Assembly (NCBI GenBank): GCA_030704615.1
Contig: CM060733.1
Span: 65,596,001-65,660,000, forward strand
DNA length: 64,000 nucleotides
Source of the DNA: Takakia lepidozioides
Taxonomy: Eukaryota; Plantae; Bryophyta
Reading direction: 5' to 3'
Position 1 is the first letter of the stretch, and each line of letters starts with the position of its first letter. Positions 1 through 11,311 of the stretch are shown one piece after another. The notes beneath the pieces are model-generated. The model saw only the letters and a program-made list of their open reading frames with translations. It was not told where the DNA came from and searched no databases. Both the position numbers and the translations under genes were made by a program.

Positions 1-2233
1 TTTCTTCCTCTACCTGGGGTATCCTGAGCGGGAGGCTCCTTCTCTGCAAGAGTCCTCAAATTTCGTTCCTGAATGTCGAGGTCGGCTGTTGCGGCAGTGG
101 CTGCAATACGGTCATTCTCTCTCCTCAAAGACACCTCTGGAGCTGGGGTCTCAGAAGAGGGCAATCCAAATACCAACCACAAGAAGAAAGATGGTCTGGG
201 CCCCAGTCATGCAAGATCCCAGTAGTAAACATGGTCTAGTTGCCAGCAGGGACAAGCCACAGGTCCACGAAATCCGGATGTTTGTCAGGCAATTCTCTTC
301 CAGGAGAACAAACTTTATGTACCTGCAGCAACAGAGACAGCCTCATTTTACAATGGAAATATTGTGTGGCAACTTTTCCATCACACCAGGAAGACCCCCT
401 TCAACAGTATGCCACACAACACATTGCAGCCACAGCACAAATAAGTAGTGCAAGAGTGTGCACCTGTAAAGGCATCATTTCCAGGCTTCCTCTCCTTTTT
501 CTTGCTGGTCCAGCTCATTTGTTCGACTGATGCCACCCTCCTTGCTGAACTCTCTAAAGAAACAAGAGTGCCACACTGTGGCTCTCCATTTCCTCATGTA
601 TGCTTCGAAGGACACCTTCGGTGCTATCATACTGATGCCATAGTCAGCCAGCTGAGTATGCAGAACCGATCTGCCCTTTCTTCCAACTGCAAAACAATAC
701 AAATGCAAGAATGAACCCAAAAGCAATCACAGCGAATGTAAGAGGCAATAGAAAGATAAGGACAGGAAAAGAGAAAAGACAGTGACACAGGGAAGGACAT
801 CACACCTGGCTCCAGTAAGTGGCATTGTGAAGCCAGGTGTCCAGCACATTGTCACTGACAGGAATGACACGCTGGGTCTTCTTCTCTTTCTCCGGCCTTG
901 GGAACATGTGGGTATCCCTAACTGTGGGATCGGAGTTCCATATCTGCAGCCACTTCACCTTTTGTTCTGGAGACACAACGGCGGTAGACAACCTGTGCAA
1001 CTTCTCCTGGGCCATTTCTGGCTTGCCTGGCTTGTTATAATGGTTTTTTATCTCCAGGAGAAACTGCGGTCCGAATGATGGGTCGGCAATTCTCAACTGC
1101 TTCACGAAAGCACTCATTATAGTCCTTCTTGTAGCGGTCATCTCTTTCTGGATGCGACTCTCAACCCCCTTTGTTGTCCTTCTCTCCTCAGGGGTAGAGC
1201 TGTAGTATTCCAGTTTGCCACGCTCCCCTGCATCTGCAATGTCTTGCTGCAAGGGAATGCAAGAGAGTTGCATCAGCACAAGGTCAAGGGAAACAAACAG
1301 AAACAAACATGTGGAATATGGAAGACCAGATGAAGGAAGATGTATCTCACTGTGTACATGTACTCCATGAAAGCCTCACGGGTCAACGAGTACCACGTTT
1401 CCGATGTCTTGGAGCTTTGCACTTCTTGTACATCTCCGCTGAAAGGATGGTCTTGAAGTTGGTCAAGGGCATCTGCCCTATCCTTTGTATCCTATACAGT
1501 GTGTGAACCAAACTCGTTTTGACATGCGATGTCTCCGTTCCTCTGCAGAATGATATCTGCAAGTCAGAATGAAATTCAAGGTCTTCAATCAAAGAAGAAC
1601 GGAACCACAAGTGGAACATGTAGAATGAGAAACCAACCTGTTCACATCATTCATTGCCATCAGAAGACCCATCATGTTCCCGTCACAATCCAGCACCATC
1701 GATCGAACAGAGTAATGCCACTCTTCCTTCTGTGAGTGCAGCCTCCCAATGACAGCCATCCATGCAAGCAAGCGGTGGTTCCCATCCCAAACGTGAAACA
1801 TCTTTCCCGAGAATCCCTGGGTGGAAGGTTTCCTGGAGAGAAGAATTTCGAAGGATTCGTTCAGCTGTCTCCAAATGGGGTCCCAGGAGTCCACGATTGA
1901 CTGATCCACGAGGAGCTCATTACCTTTGGAATCCCTAGTAGAAACGTAAAAGACTGCGGATCCATCCAAATACCCATGCACAAACTCGGCCTCCAGCTTG
2001 AGAATGTCCTTGACGAGCGGTGTACGAACGACGGGCATGGAAACCAACCTACACAGGGGAATCTTCAACCTCCCACCCGGGGCAAGCATCCTTTGCACCA
2101 CAAGCTGAGAGTTTACCTTCAGACCCCCCAGCATCTCAGCGGCTTTGCTTTCATAGAACTCATCGTCCACATCAACAATTATCTCCTTCTCCTGACCCGA
2201 AGGGACCTCATCTGCCATAGTTTGCATCTTCTC
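1..2233 (-). pseudogene. Multi-exon gene with an N-terminal ParB/Sulfiredoxin-like domain, probably transposon-borne; degenerate and runs off the left edge
   Basis: Exon 2233-1638 has acceptor ctgcag| and donor |gttggt and encodes VVRTPL...FYV...FHVWDGNHRLLAW (DGxHR, a ParB/Srx signature). Further GT-AG exons lie at ~1542-1351, ~1246-804, ~685-464 and ~322-1, with some stops and frameshifts. Confidence 0.6.
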
Positions 2234-2295
2234 CTGCAGGGTTGTTCATTCAACTTGATATTAGAGAGGCATGAAACGACGGCTGAGGCATGAAA

Positions 2296-4310
2296 AAGTG
2301 GGCTCAAAGAGTGTGCGTTGACGCACACTATTTTAAGCTGCCAGGTAAGTGTACATTGACCCTCACAGACATGTCCTATGTTGCCGAATTCCACAGAAAA
2401 AGACAATGTAAAAGTGGGCTCAAACAGTGTGCGTTGACGCACACTGTTTCACTTGCCATGTAAATGATCATTGAACATCTACTTGTGCCAAGTAAGTGTT
2501 CATTGTAAACTCCAAGATATTTCATCCTCAGAAACGTGCCCTAAATGCCGAATTTAAACAGGAAAAACACTTAAATGTAGAGCTCAAACAGTGTGCGCCA
2601 ACGCACACTGTTTGAGCTGCCACTGAATGGTTATTTCATCCTCAGAAACGTGCCCTAAATGCCGAATTTCAATCGGAAAAAACACTTACATGTTCAACTC
2701 AAACAGTGTGCGCCAACGCACACTGTTTGAGCTGCCACTGAATGGTTATTTCATCATCATAAACCTGCAATGGAAGTCCGAATTTAACACTAAAAAAACA
2801 GTGACATGAACAGCTCACATAGTGTGCGCCAACGCACACTGTTTGAGCTGCCACTGAATGGTTATTTCATCATCATAAACCTGCCCTGGAAGTCCGAATT
2901 TAACACCAAAAAAAACAGTGACATGTACAGCTCAAACAGTGTGCGCCAACGCATACTGTTTGAGCTGCCACCGATTGGTTATTTCATCATCATAAACCTG
3001 CCCTGGAAGTCCGAATTTAACACCAAAAAAACAGTGACATGTACAGCTCAAACAGTGTGCGCCAACGCACACTGTTTGAGCTGCCACTGAATGGTTATTT
3101 CATCATCATAAACCTGCCCTGGAAGTCCGAATTTAACACCAAAAAAATAGTGACATGTACAGCTCAAACAGTGTGCGCCAACGCACACTGTTTGAGCTGC
3201 CACTGAATGGTTATTTCATCCTCAGAAACGTGCCCTAAATGTCGAATTTTAACACCAAAAAAACACTTACATGTTCAGCTCAAACAGTGTGCGCCAACGC
3301 ACACTGTTTGAGCTGCCACTGAATGGTTATTTCATCCTCAGAAACCTGCCCTAAATGCCAAATTTAACACCAAAAAAACAGTGACATGTATAGCTCAAAC
3401 AGTGTGCGCCAACGCACACTGTTTGAGCTGCCACTGAATGGTTATTTTATCCTCAGAAACGTGCCCTAAATGCCGAATTTTAACACCAAAAAAACACTTA
3501 CAGGTTCAGCTCAAACAGTGTGCGCCAACGCACACTGTTTGAGCTGCCACTGAATGGTTATTTCATCATCATAAACCTGCCCTGGAAGTCCGAATTTAAC
3601 ACCAAAAAAACAGTGACATGTACAGCTCAAACAGTGTGCGCCAACGCACACTGTTTGAGCTGCCACTGAATGGTTATTTCATCCTCAGAAACGTGCCCTA
3701 AATGCCGAATTTTAACACCAAAAAAACACTTACATGTTCAGCTCAAACAGTGTGCGCCAACGCACACTGTTTGAGCTGCCACTGAATGGTTATTTCATAC
3801 TCAGAAACTTGCCCTGGAAGTCCGAATTTAACACCAAAAAAACAGTGACATGTACAGCTCAAACAGTGTGCGCCAACGCACACTGTTTGAGCTGCCACTG
3901 AATGGTTATTTCATCCTCAGAAACGTGCCTTAAATGCCGAATTTTAACACCAAAAAAACAGTGACATGTTCAGCTGAAACAGTGTGCGCCAACGCACACT
4001 GTTTGAGCTGCCACTGAATGGTTATTTCATCATCATAAACCTGCCCTGGAAGTCCGAATTTCAATCGGAAAAAACACTTACATGTTCAGCTCAAACAGTG
4101 TGCGCCAACGCACACTGTTTGAGCTGCCACTGAATGGTTATTCCATCATCAGAAACGTGCCCTAAAGGGCGAATTCGACACGGAGAAATCCGTGACATGT
4201 AGAGCTCAACCACTGAAGGGTTCTGTCGTCTTGACATACATATCCTGGAAAACCGATATCCAGACGGAAATAGCAGTGTAATGTTCAGCTCAACTCACAC
4301 TGTTTGAGGT
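2296..4310. repeat. Tandem array of ~116-bp units, each with the 38-bp palindrome AGCTCAAACAGTGTGCG-CCAA-CGCACACTGTTTGAGCT
   Basis: 14 near-complete hairpin units start at ~2581, 2696, 2812, 2929, 3045, 3161, 3277, 3392, 3508, 3624, 3740, 3856, 3972 and 4088. Degenerate units lie at ~2300, 2415, 4203 and 4287. Confidence 0.97.
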
Positions 4311-4469
4311 TGCAATTTGGGTTGTGTTGAACCTGCTGTAGTGCCCAAGTTTGGGCGTTTGGCACCTGAACAATCAAGCAAATTGGCGAGTTTGCGGTGC
4401 TTTCAGCGTGGTGCAGATGTCCTGTGTGGGCTATATTCATATCAGCAACGAAACAGAAATGTGGGTCTT

Positions 4470-4935
4470 AAGAATTTCACCTTTTTCTTGGCTGCTCCAG
4501 AAGACTCCCCAATTGCCGGGGACCCTTTGCGCTTCGGGCTGCTCTCTGCGCCGAGCGTGTACGTGAGCCTCTCCCCCTTCCTCCTTCCCGCAGGCAAACT
4601 CCTCATGAGGCCACCTTCAACATCCTCTTCCATCTCGTCTGTCTCTCCCTCAGATGCGGTGTCCTCTTCATCTGTCCTTGGAACTATGGCGGGCTGCTGT
4701 TCTTCTGCTCATTCCTGCTCCTCCATCGCCACACTTTCCTCTACTCCCTCTTCTACCTCCTTTTCCTCTTCGTCCACTCTTTCCATCCTCATTCTATCTC
4801 TGGCTCTATTCCTGTTTCTAGAGCTCGTGAAGTATAGTGACTTCCTTCTCTTCCTCCTACGCTGGAAACAAGGGCTCCCCACGATGCCTCTAGAGCTCTC
4901 CAGTTTGACATTTGTAACAAGTGCTGCTATGGCAT
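4470..4935 (-). pseudogene. Acidic/basic low-complexity segment, probable first exon of the ParB-like gene (one in-frame stop)
   Basis: The minus strand reads RRRKRRKS...EEEKEVEEGVEE...*AEEQQP...GAAKKK followed by a possible GT donor. The next ParB exon begins at an acceptor (2234). Confidence 0.35.
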
Positions 4936-5738
4936 GTAACCAAAATCAAAATTGGACGTTATCAACCATATTTGGATGCGGGTGTTGTTATTGTGTGCGA
5001 ACGGAATTCATCCATTCCGTCGTCTCCGTATTATCCAAGCAATAAAGCGCAAGAAAAAAGTACATCCGTTGCATGCACTAGCGATATATGTCAGATGTAC
5101 TGCGCCGCCTGCCAATACACCGCGGCCTTCTTGCTTTCTTTCAAATTCGGATGTGCCGTAGAAATCTAATGCTAGTTCATTTTCGAGCAGTTCTTGCAGA
5201 TCCGCAATAATTGTTATGCTTCACATATGCATCCACGTGTGTTGTACTGCCTACCCTGTGGTTTGCAGTTTACCGTTACCATCGCCATGGGGTCATTCGG
5301 CATAAAGGGTTCTGTCGGATACGACCATGTCTGGCACGCATTCGTGCGAGGTATCTTCTGCAGTGTCAGTGTTTGTGTTGTGCTCTTCTGGCACAGCACA
5401 ACCTCATGACATTTGTGGTCTTCCTGTTTACTGCTCTCCAGGGTTGTTGCCGTCTTTTCATAATGGATGGTTTCATGTCGTTTTCAGTGTTTGTTTTCAT
5501 CCATAAACAGCACGGCTTCTTGTAGTATTTGAAAACAATTTTTCTGGTTAGTGCCTCTTGGCGTTGCTGTTTCCGAAGTGAAGGTGCATCTCATCCCTAC
5601 ATCTTTTGCATGCATCACCTGCAACCTTTGGATTGGAGCTAGCCTTGTTGACCTCGGTTTGCTTGTCTTAATTCCCCTTTCGGTAATTGCGGGCTATCAG
5701 TTCGAGGATTCCGCAACTTTCGTTCAGTGAGGGAAAAC

Positions 5739-7610
5739 ATGTCGAGGGAGCGAGATACACTTGCTCGATTCCATTCCAATGCAGGTACTCTTCCACTGAC
5801 TGCCACTGCAGACGACGATGGGTTTGCAGTTGTTCATGAGGATGAGCTGGTTACAGTGTTCCCGCTGGAGTTGGGTTCTCTCCTTGTTCAAAAAGAGGTG
5901 TATGACGAGGATGGCAATTTGGATTCTGGGCACTTGGAGAAACCATTGGTTGGCAAGTGTGGAAGGAAGTGGAGAGTCCTTCCAGGCACATACCGTGTCC
6001 TTGGAAAAGAGAGAAGACAATCAGCAGGATCGGTCGTTACCCCTGGTACTGCAGCATCGGTCGTGCAACAGAAGGGCACAGTTCCTGTGAAACAAGAGGT
6101 GAGCACATCCACTACCTTCGTGATTCTTTTAGACTCGTCCTCGGAGGATGTTTCTGAGATTCCTCCGCCAGTGCAGACTCCGTCATTGGATGATGACGAA
6201 TTGCAAGAGATAACGAGTGTCATTCCAAAATTGAAAGCCCTCGCAGGTGTGCCTGGGTGCAAGAGCGAGCTGCGTTTTGTTGACTGGGAGTCCCTTCCTG
6301 TGCAACGAGTTCAATACGTGCCAGCACAGTTTGATGGGGACATCCTGTTTGAGCTCAACCCTCCCACCTCTTCTACTGGACTGGCTGGGCTTTTACAGGG
6401 CATGGACAAGAAACATGACGGACATCCTTGGTGCAAGACAAAAACGTCGAACATCCATAACGACATTGGCTTGAAATTTTGGAGGTCAGTCTGCGTTGGG
6501 CATTGTAAGTGCCAGAATATTTCTTGCCCTCGCCTGAGAAACAACGCTCAACCAAACGAAAGTGAGTGGGAAGGTGTGCCCCTGAATCCTTTCACCCCAG
6601 GGCTTGCCCCTCCCAGGACCAATACTTTCGTGTGCAGGTTCTGCAAACTTTCCCCATCCTGTGTTTCTGTGTGCCACGCTCGTATGTATCAGGTGGCACA
6701 CCGATGCAAGACAATGACTCGTGCCTGCATTCATATGGGTGCACGCGAGCATCCTGTGTCCAAAGGAAGTTGCAGGGATAGCGTGGACATCGCTAGAAAT
6801 CTGCTTAAGCAGGAGTTCCACAATGCCCCTTGTGCAACACCTTCTGCTATAGCGCTTGCAGCTAGCAAGGCATTCATGGAGAAACACATACTGGGTGAAG
6901 GGGATGCGACAGAACTTATGCTGGATGCAGATTCGCTTAATGCAGTCATGGACCATTTCTCCGTGTTGAGCTCTCCCAATATTCAAAACCAGGTGAATGC
7001 ACTCAGAATGGGCACAGGCACTGCTGGATTCATGGACAACATTATGGACCTGAAACGGAGGAGTCACTATGAATTCATTCAAAACAGTATCTTCCCTGGC
7101 CAGGGCTCGTCCAAGGTGTATTTGTTCAAGATGTCCGCTGTGGGCGAAGGCAGTGGTGTGAGCATTGTCCGCCGTATGCAACCAGGAGGAGATTTGGCTA
7201 AATGTTGGTTAATGTTTGATCACTGCAAACGGGTGAAGGGTTGGACAACCATGGCGTGCCATGTGTATGATCCGGCGTACCAGCGTGTGCTCTCCATAGC
7301 AATTTGTCATATGCAGTCGGAGGACACTGAATCCCAAATGCTCATGTGGAATTCGCTCTTGGCTGTCATGCAGCGCAATGGAATACAAAACACAAATTTT
7401 GCGGGCTTCATGGCTGATAGTGCACAGGCAAATTTCAATGCAGTGCGACGCGTGTTTGGTTCGGGGGATCCTAAGGTCCCAATGGAAAATAGGGAGCGCA
7501 CATGCCTCTTCCATTGGACTCAATCTCTGGCACATCATACAAAGCGCTGCATTCGCCCTGACCTGCAGTTGGAGCACAGAAGGCTCTGTCTCAAGTACAA
7601 GAATGCCACA
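5739..7610 (+). CDS. MULE-related DDE transposase with a Cys/His-rich (GCM/WRKY-like) N-terminal region, 3'-truncated
   Basis: Long ORF with CVGHCKCQNISC, CRFC and CIHMG..HP. Catalytic-like blocks are WLMFDH...TTMACHVYDP, GFMADSAQANFNAVRRVF and CLFHW (the MULE CxxH motif). Homology-like character ends at ~7610, where an opposite-strand gene begins. Confidence 0.65.
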
Positions 7611-8270
7611 ATGTCTCTTTTCATAATAGACCAGCTCTGCAATATCAGGGTCCACATAACATTGCTTCACTACAAACCTGCACATGCATCCCCTCTTGAT
7701 GCCTTCCCCCAATTTTGTTTGTGTGGTCCTTGCTTGTTTTGGCTTTGCTTCAGTGGAAGCGGCTGTGACTCTTGGCTTCCTCCCCTTCTTCTTTGCAGGT
7801 TTTGCTCGGCGTTTATTGTGTGCCATTGTAGGGGTAACATCCAAGAGGGCCGTAGTTCTGTCCTCTGGACCATATGAGCAGTGATACCTACAACCACAAA
7901 CTATATTCCGATACTATCACTCTAAGGGGACTCAGGCACTCTCTGCATTCATGGAAATCATGGAATAGGCATTGCAACACATGAACGGCAGCCCAAGATG
8001 TACCTTGTTATAGTCAAAGCACTGTTGGTGCGAGGAGCTGACAAAGATCCCTCCGGATGGCCTCTTTGGTGATGCCTGTGGAAAGTGCATGGGCCATTTG
8101 TACGGGAGGATTCCCCAGTAATGAAATCAGCAACGCGATTCCATGGAATGTAGGCGACTTGGGCTGAGTCTTGGCTAGGAGGCTTGCCATGCCATTGCAA
8201 ACGCCACTGCAGTACATGATGGTTGAAAGCACCTGCATTTGGCAGTTGCACTTGGTTTCGAAGCAACAAA
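7611..8270 (-). pseudogene. 5' part of a SWIM/MULE-derived protein gene (At1g60560-like family), 3'-truncated
   Basis: Exon ~8260-8002 encodes LQW...VAYIPWNRVADFITGE...CTF. After a GT-AG intron, exon 7887-7611 encodes YHCSYGPED...KRGCMCRFVVKQ...AELVYYEKRH. These motifs match my recollection of that plant family. Confidence 0.6.
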
Positions 8271-8424
8271 ACAAGATGGGACACGATGGATTCAGATTTC
8301 TCGCCAACCAACTTGTCGATTTGCAATTCAAAGAGGAGGCGGTGCTGATACAGGCTGAACGTAAGGTTTCCTGGTGACAGAACCATTTCAGACACGAAGC
8401 TACAGGAGGGTGATTCCATGGAGA

Positions 8425-8560
8425 CTCGCATCTGATTACACATCTCATCCTACTCTCATCCATCTGATTACACATCCATCGTACTCTCATCCATCTGATT
8501 ACACATCCATCATACTCTCATCCATCTGATTGCACATCCCTCCTACTCTCATCCATCCAT
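8425..8560. repeat. ~30-bp minisatellite (CTCTCATCCATCTGATTACACATCC...), ~4 copies
   Basis: Direct repeats visible in the sequence. Confidence 0.85.
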
Positions 8561-8808
8561 ACCTACACACATTGATCCTAAATCTCACAAGTAAACGAAC
8601 AGTCATGTCCATTAAATAATACTAAATTTCAAATTTCAAATTTCAAATTCAAACTTGGGTACGCATGTGTAACCATGCATGTGTTGGCTTCACACTCTCA
8701 CAATGGGCTCATGTTATGTTCATGACCACATCTGACATCTGGGATGGATGCGTGCATGACCTACATGTATTATGTGTTATATAAACGACATTCCATGGGG
8801 TGACGGAT

Positions 8809-8814
8809 GGGGCG

Positions 8815-8852
<38 letters not shown>

Positions 8853-9003
8853 CGAGGGGAGGGGCGGCAGAGCGGGGGGCGGGCCGCGGCGACCGCGAGC
8901 CACGCGGGAGCCGGAGGGGGGGCGGCTGTGGGGGGCGAGGGGGGGGGGGGTGCCACGCAGGCAGGACCGAAGGGCTCGCATTAAACTCCCGGGCCTTTTC
9001 TAG
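8809..9003 (+). other. Poly-G/GC-rich tract followed by an imperfect hairpin and CTAG|T; candidate terminus of the left compound element
   Basis: G-runs at 8816-8852 and 8939-8950. GGGCTCG...CGGGCC stem, then CTAG at 9000-9003 followed by T. Confidence 0.35.
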
Positions 9004-9272
9004 TGTGCGCCATAAACTAAGCCAATAGGCCAGCTTGAGGGATCCAAAAAATACTTTCAAGTGGGTAGTTTCCATGCCTTTTGAAAGAAAGTCTACTGCC
9101 AGTGGAAGATCGGAAAATAAGCCTAGACCAAGCGGACTGATTGAGGATACTACCAGAAATGCAAGTTTGTCGCTGCAATTCTTGACTCAGAACCAACTAC
9201 ATAGTTGATAGTACTGGACACAGTATTAATCTTAGACTTATTGAAATAAGCAAATTATAAGTCCGTGCCGAC

Positions 9273-9426
9273 CAGTGTTGGTATGGTATAGGTATCAGAC
9301 CCGAGTATTAACGCTGGTATCAACCGTGGTATCAGAGACCAGACCAGCCTGGTCTTAAGTTCTACAATACCAAGTCATATACCAGACCAGGTTGGTATCT
9401 GTTTTCGCATACCAGCTACAATACTG
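9273..9426. mobile_element. Small hAT-like MITE
   Basis: CAGTGTTG...CAATACTG termini with repeated GGTAT/ATACC subterminal motifs. No clear TSD. Confidence 0.3.
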
Positions 9427-9494
9427 GAGTACCCCAGTCGTCTTCCTCATTTACTCTAGTATGTGTACTATACTAGTTTATGTGTACATACATG

Positions 9495-9675
9495 GAGGAA
9501 GCTTTCAATGAAAAGCAAACCATACACGGTGATCAGAGCAATTCCTTACAAACAAGGAATTGATTCCATCATGAGGAGATGTGTAGACAAAGAACAAGCC
9601 AAGACGGTGATGCAAGAATTACATGAAGGAATATCAGGAGGACACTTCAGTTCAGACCTGACAGCAAAGAAGATA
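9495..9675 (+). pseudogene. Gypsy integrase zinc-binding fragment
   Basis: RRCVDKEQAKTVMQELHEGISGGHFSSDLTAKKI (the HH half of HHCC). Confidence 0.75.
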
Positions 9676-10192
9676 TACATTATGGTGCCTATTCCGCATT
9701 AGGGTTTTTGGGTTAGGGACAGAATTAGGCACAGAAACCCTATAAATGCACCGTGTCTCTATATCCGCCAATGGCTTAATTCCGTTTTGAAAACATATAA
9801 CTCCTGTGGCCGCGGTTTAAAAACGTAAACCCCCCATGACCGTGGTTTTATTCTCACGTGAGCTCTGCTCACCGCTGTGCTCACGTCCTACCAACCCTCG
9901 TAGCCCGAGGGCGTGAGAATATTGAATCGCGTAAAGCCCGAGTTATAGGACTTTAACTCACGTAAAAACTGCATTGTAGACCGTGAAAAGAAAATTACCT
10001 GCCTATAATCTGAGATTACGGCCCCAAGCCCGTGGGCTCCACGGCGTAACAGGACAAGCGGGATTTTATGCTATTTAAAGCCCACCAAAACTACATGCAT
10101 AATCGGCAAGCAGAATCGGCCAAGCCTGCCGATTATACACAGGCTACCTGGCCCACCTATTCAGCTCCACAATGAGCCTCTAAAACGGCATA

Positions 10193-10920
10193 CCGTAGTG
10201 GGATAGCCGGGTAGGCCTAATAATTATTTTTGGGGCCATTTGGCAGTTAGGCACTTTCGAGAATTTTTTCAAATTAGGCATCTTGGATTTGTAATTTTTC
10301 AAATTAGGCAACTAAAAATAATGATCACAAAATGAAAATACAAAAATTCAACTGCTGCCATGGATGAAAATTGAAAATTGAGTCCATGAATGACGTTTTA
10401 AATGAAAACTCAGCCGCAGCTGCGGGCCCCACTGCCCTAGCAGCTTTCCTCCGCCCTCCTTGTTTTGGAAGATGTCCCTCATATCTATCTTGATCTTAGT
10501 GTAGTTGATAGGATGAGTAGATGTTTGGCAAATCTGCATATTGTAGACGGAAGAGCTTCCTAATCTCAATGATAGTTCAACGTCCAAAGGAGAGCTTGGA
10601 TACGAGGCTAATTATGATGAGATAGTTGAGTCAATGCAAGGACCTATGGAGGTCATCTGGAGCTAGTAATAAGCATCAAATAGTATGAAGTAGAAAAAAG
10701 CTGGATATCATTTTTAGATTTGTTTCCATTTTAAATTTATTTGGTATAATTTAAATTCAAGTTTTTATACCAATAGGAACTTTTAGAGAAATTTCTGAAA
10801 ATTAGGCACTCTTTTGAAAATATATATTTTTAAATTAGGCACTCTTGTAAAAAATAATTTATTTGGATTAGGCACGTTTTATTCGAATTAATTTCTGCCT
10901 AACCGGCTATCCCACTACGG
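10193..10920. mobile_element. Non-autonomous Tc1/mariner-type element
   Basis: 24-bp TIRs CCGTAGTGGGATAGCCGGGTAGGC / GCCTAACCGGCTATCCCACTACGG (one mismatch), TA on both flanks, and repeated internal ATTAGGCA motifs. Confidence 0.85.
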
Positions 10921-11311
10921 TAATCAAACAGAGGTGCTCTTAACCGTTGTTTTAAACAAATTCTGGTGTCTTTGTCCATTGGCTGGAAAGTGAAACACAG
11001 AGGGTTTAAGATGGTGAAGGTCCGACCTGGCAGATGACAGGGCAGCCTCGGGCTGCTCACATTGTGTGCGAGTCCTCTTTCCATCTTCTTCGAGGAGGTG
11101 GAACTATTTTTTGTGTAGAAAGATTTTGAGCAGCCTCTTACCTGCCCCTATTTCTTGTGTTAAATAAAATCTCACTAGCTTGATCTTGAAGGAGTGAAAC
11201 CCATCTGAGTTGAGTTGAGTTGTGAAGAGGTAGATAGATCTTGTACAAGAGCGCACCTCGCAGTGCACCTCCTGCGAGGAAGTGCAAGAGCCCTTCACAC
11301 GGATCGGAGCC

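Noticed and set aside
2581-4125. CRISPR array (regularly spaced 38-bp palindromic repeats)
   Set aside because: The spacers are homologous to each other and ~78 bp long, there are no cas genes, and the context is eukaryotic. It is a tandem repeat.
4317-5045. 242-aa plus-strand ORF
   Set aside because: Ser/Leu-rich antisense shadow of a purine-rich minus-strand exon.
8709-9075. Poly-Pro and poly-Gly ORFs
   Set aside because: Artefacts of the poly-G tract.
9698-9718. Telomere-like TTAGGG motifs
   Set aside because: Only two or three imperfect units.
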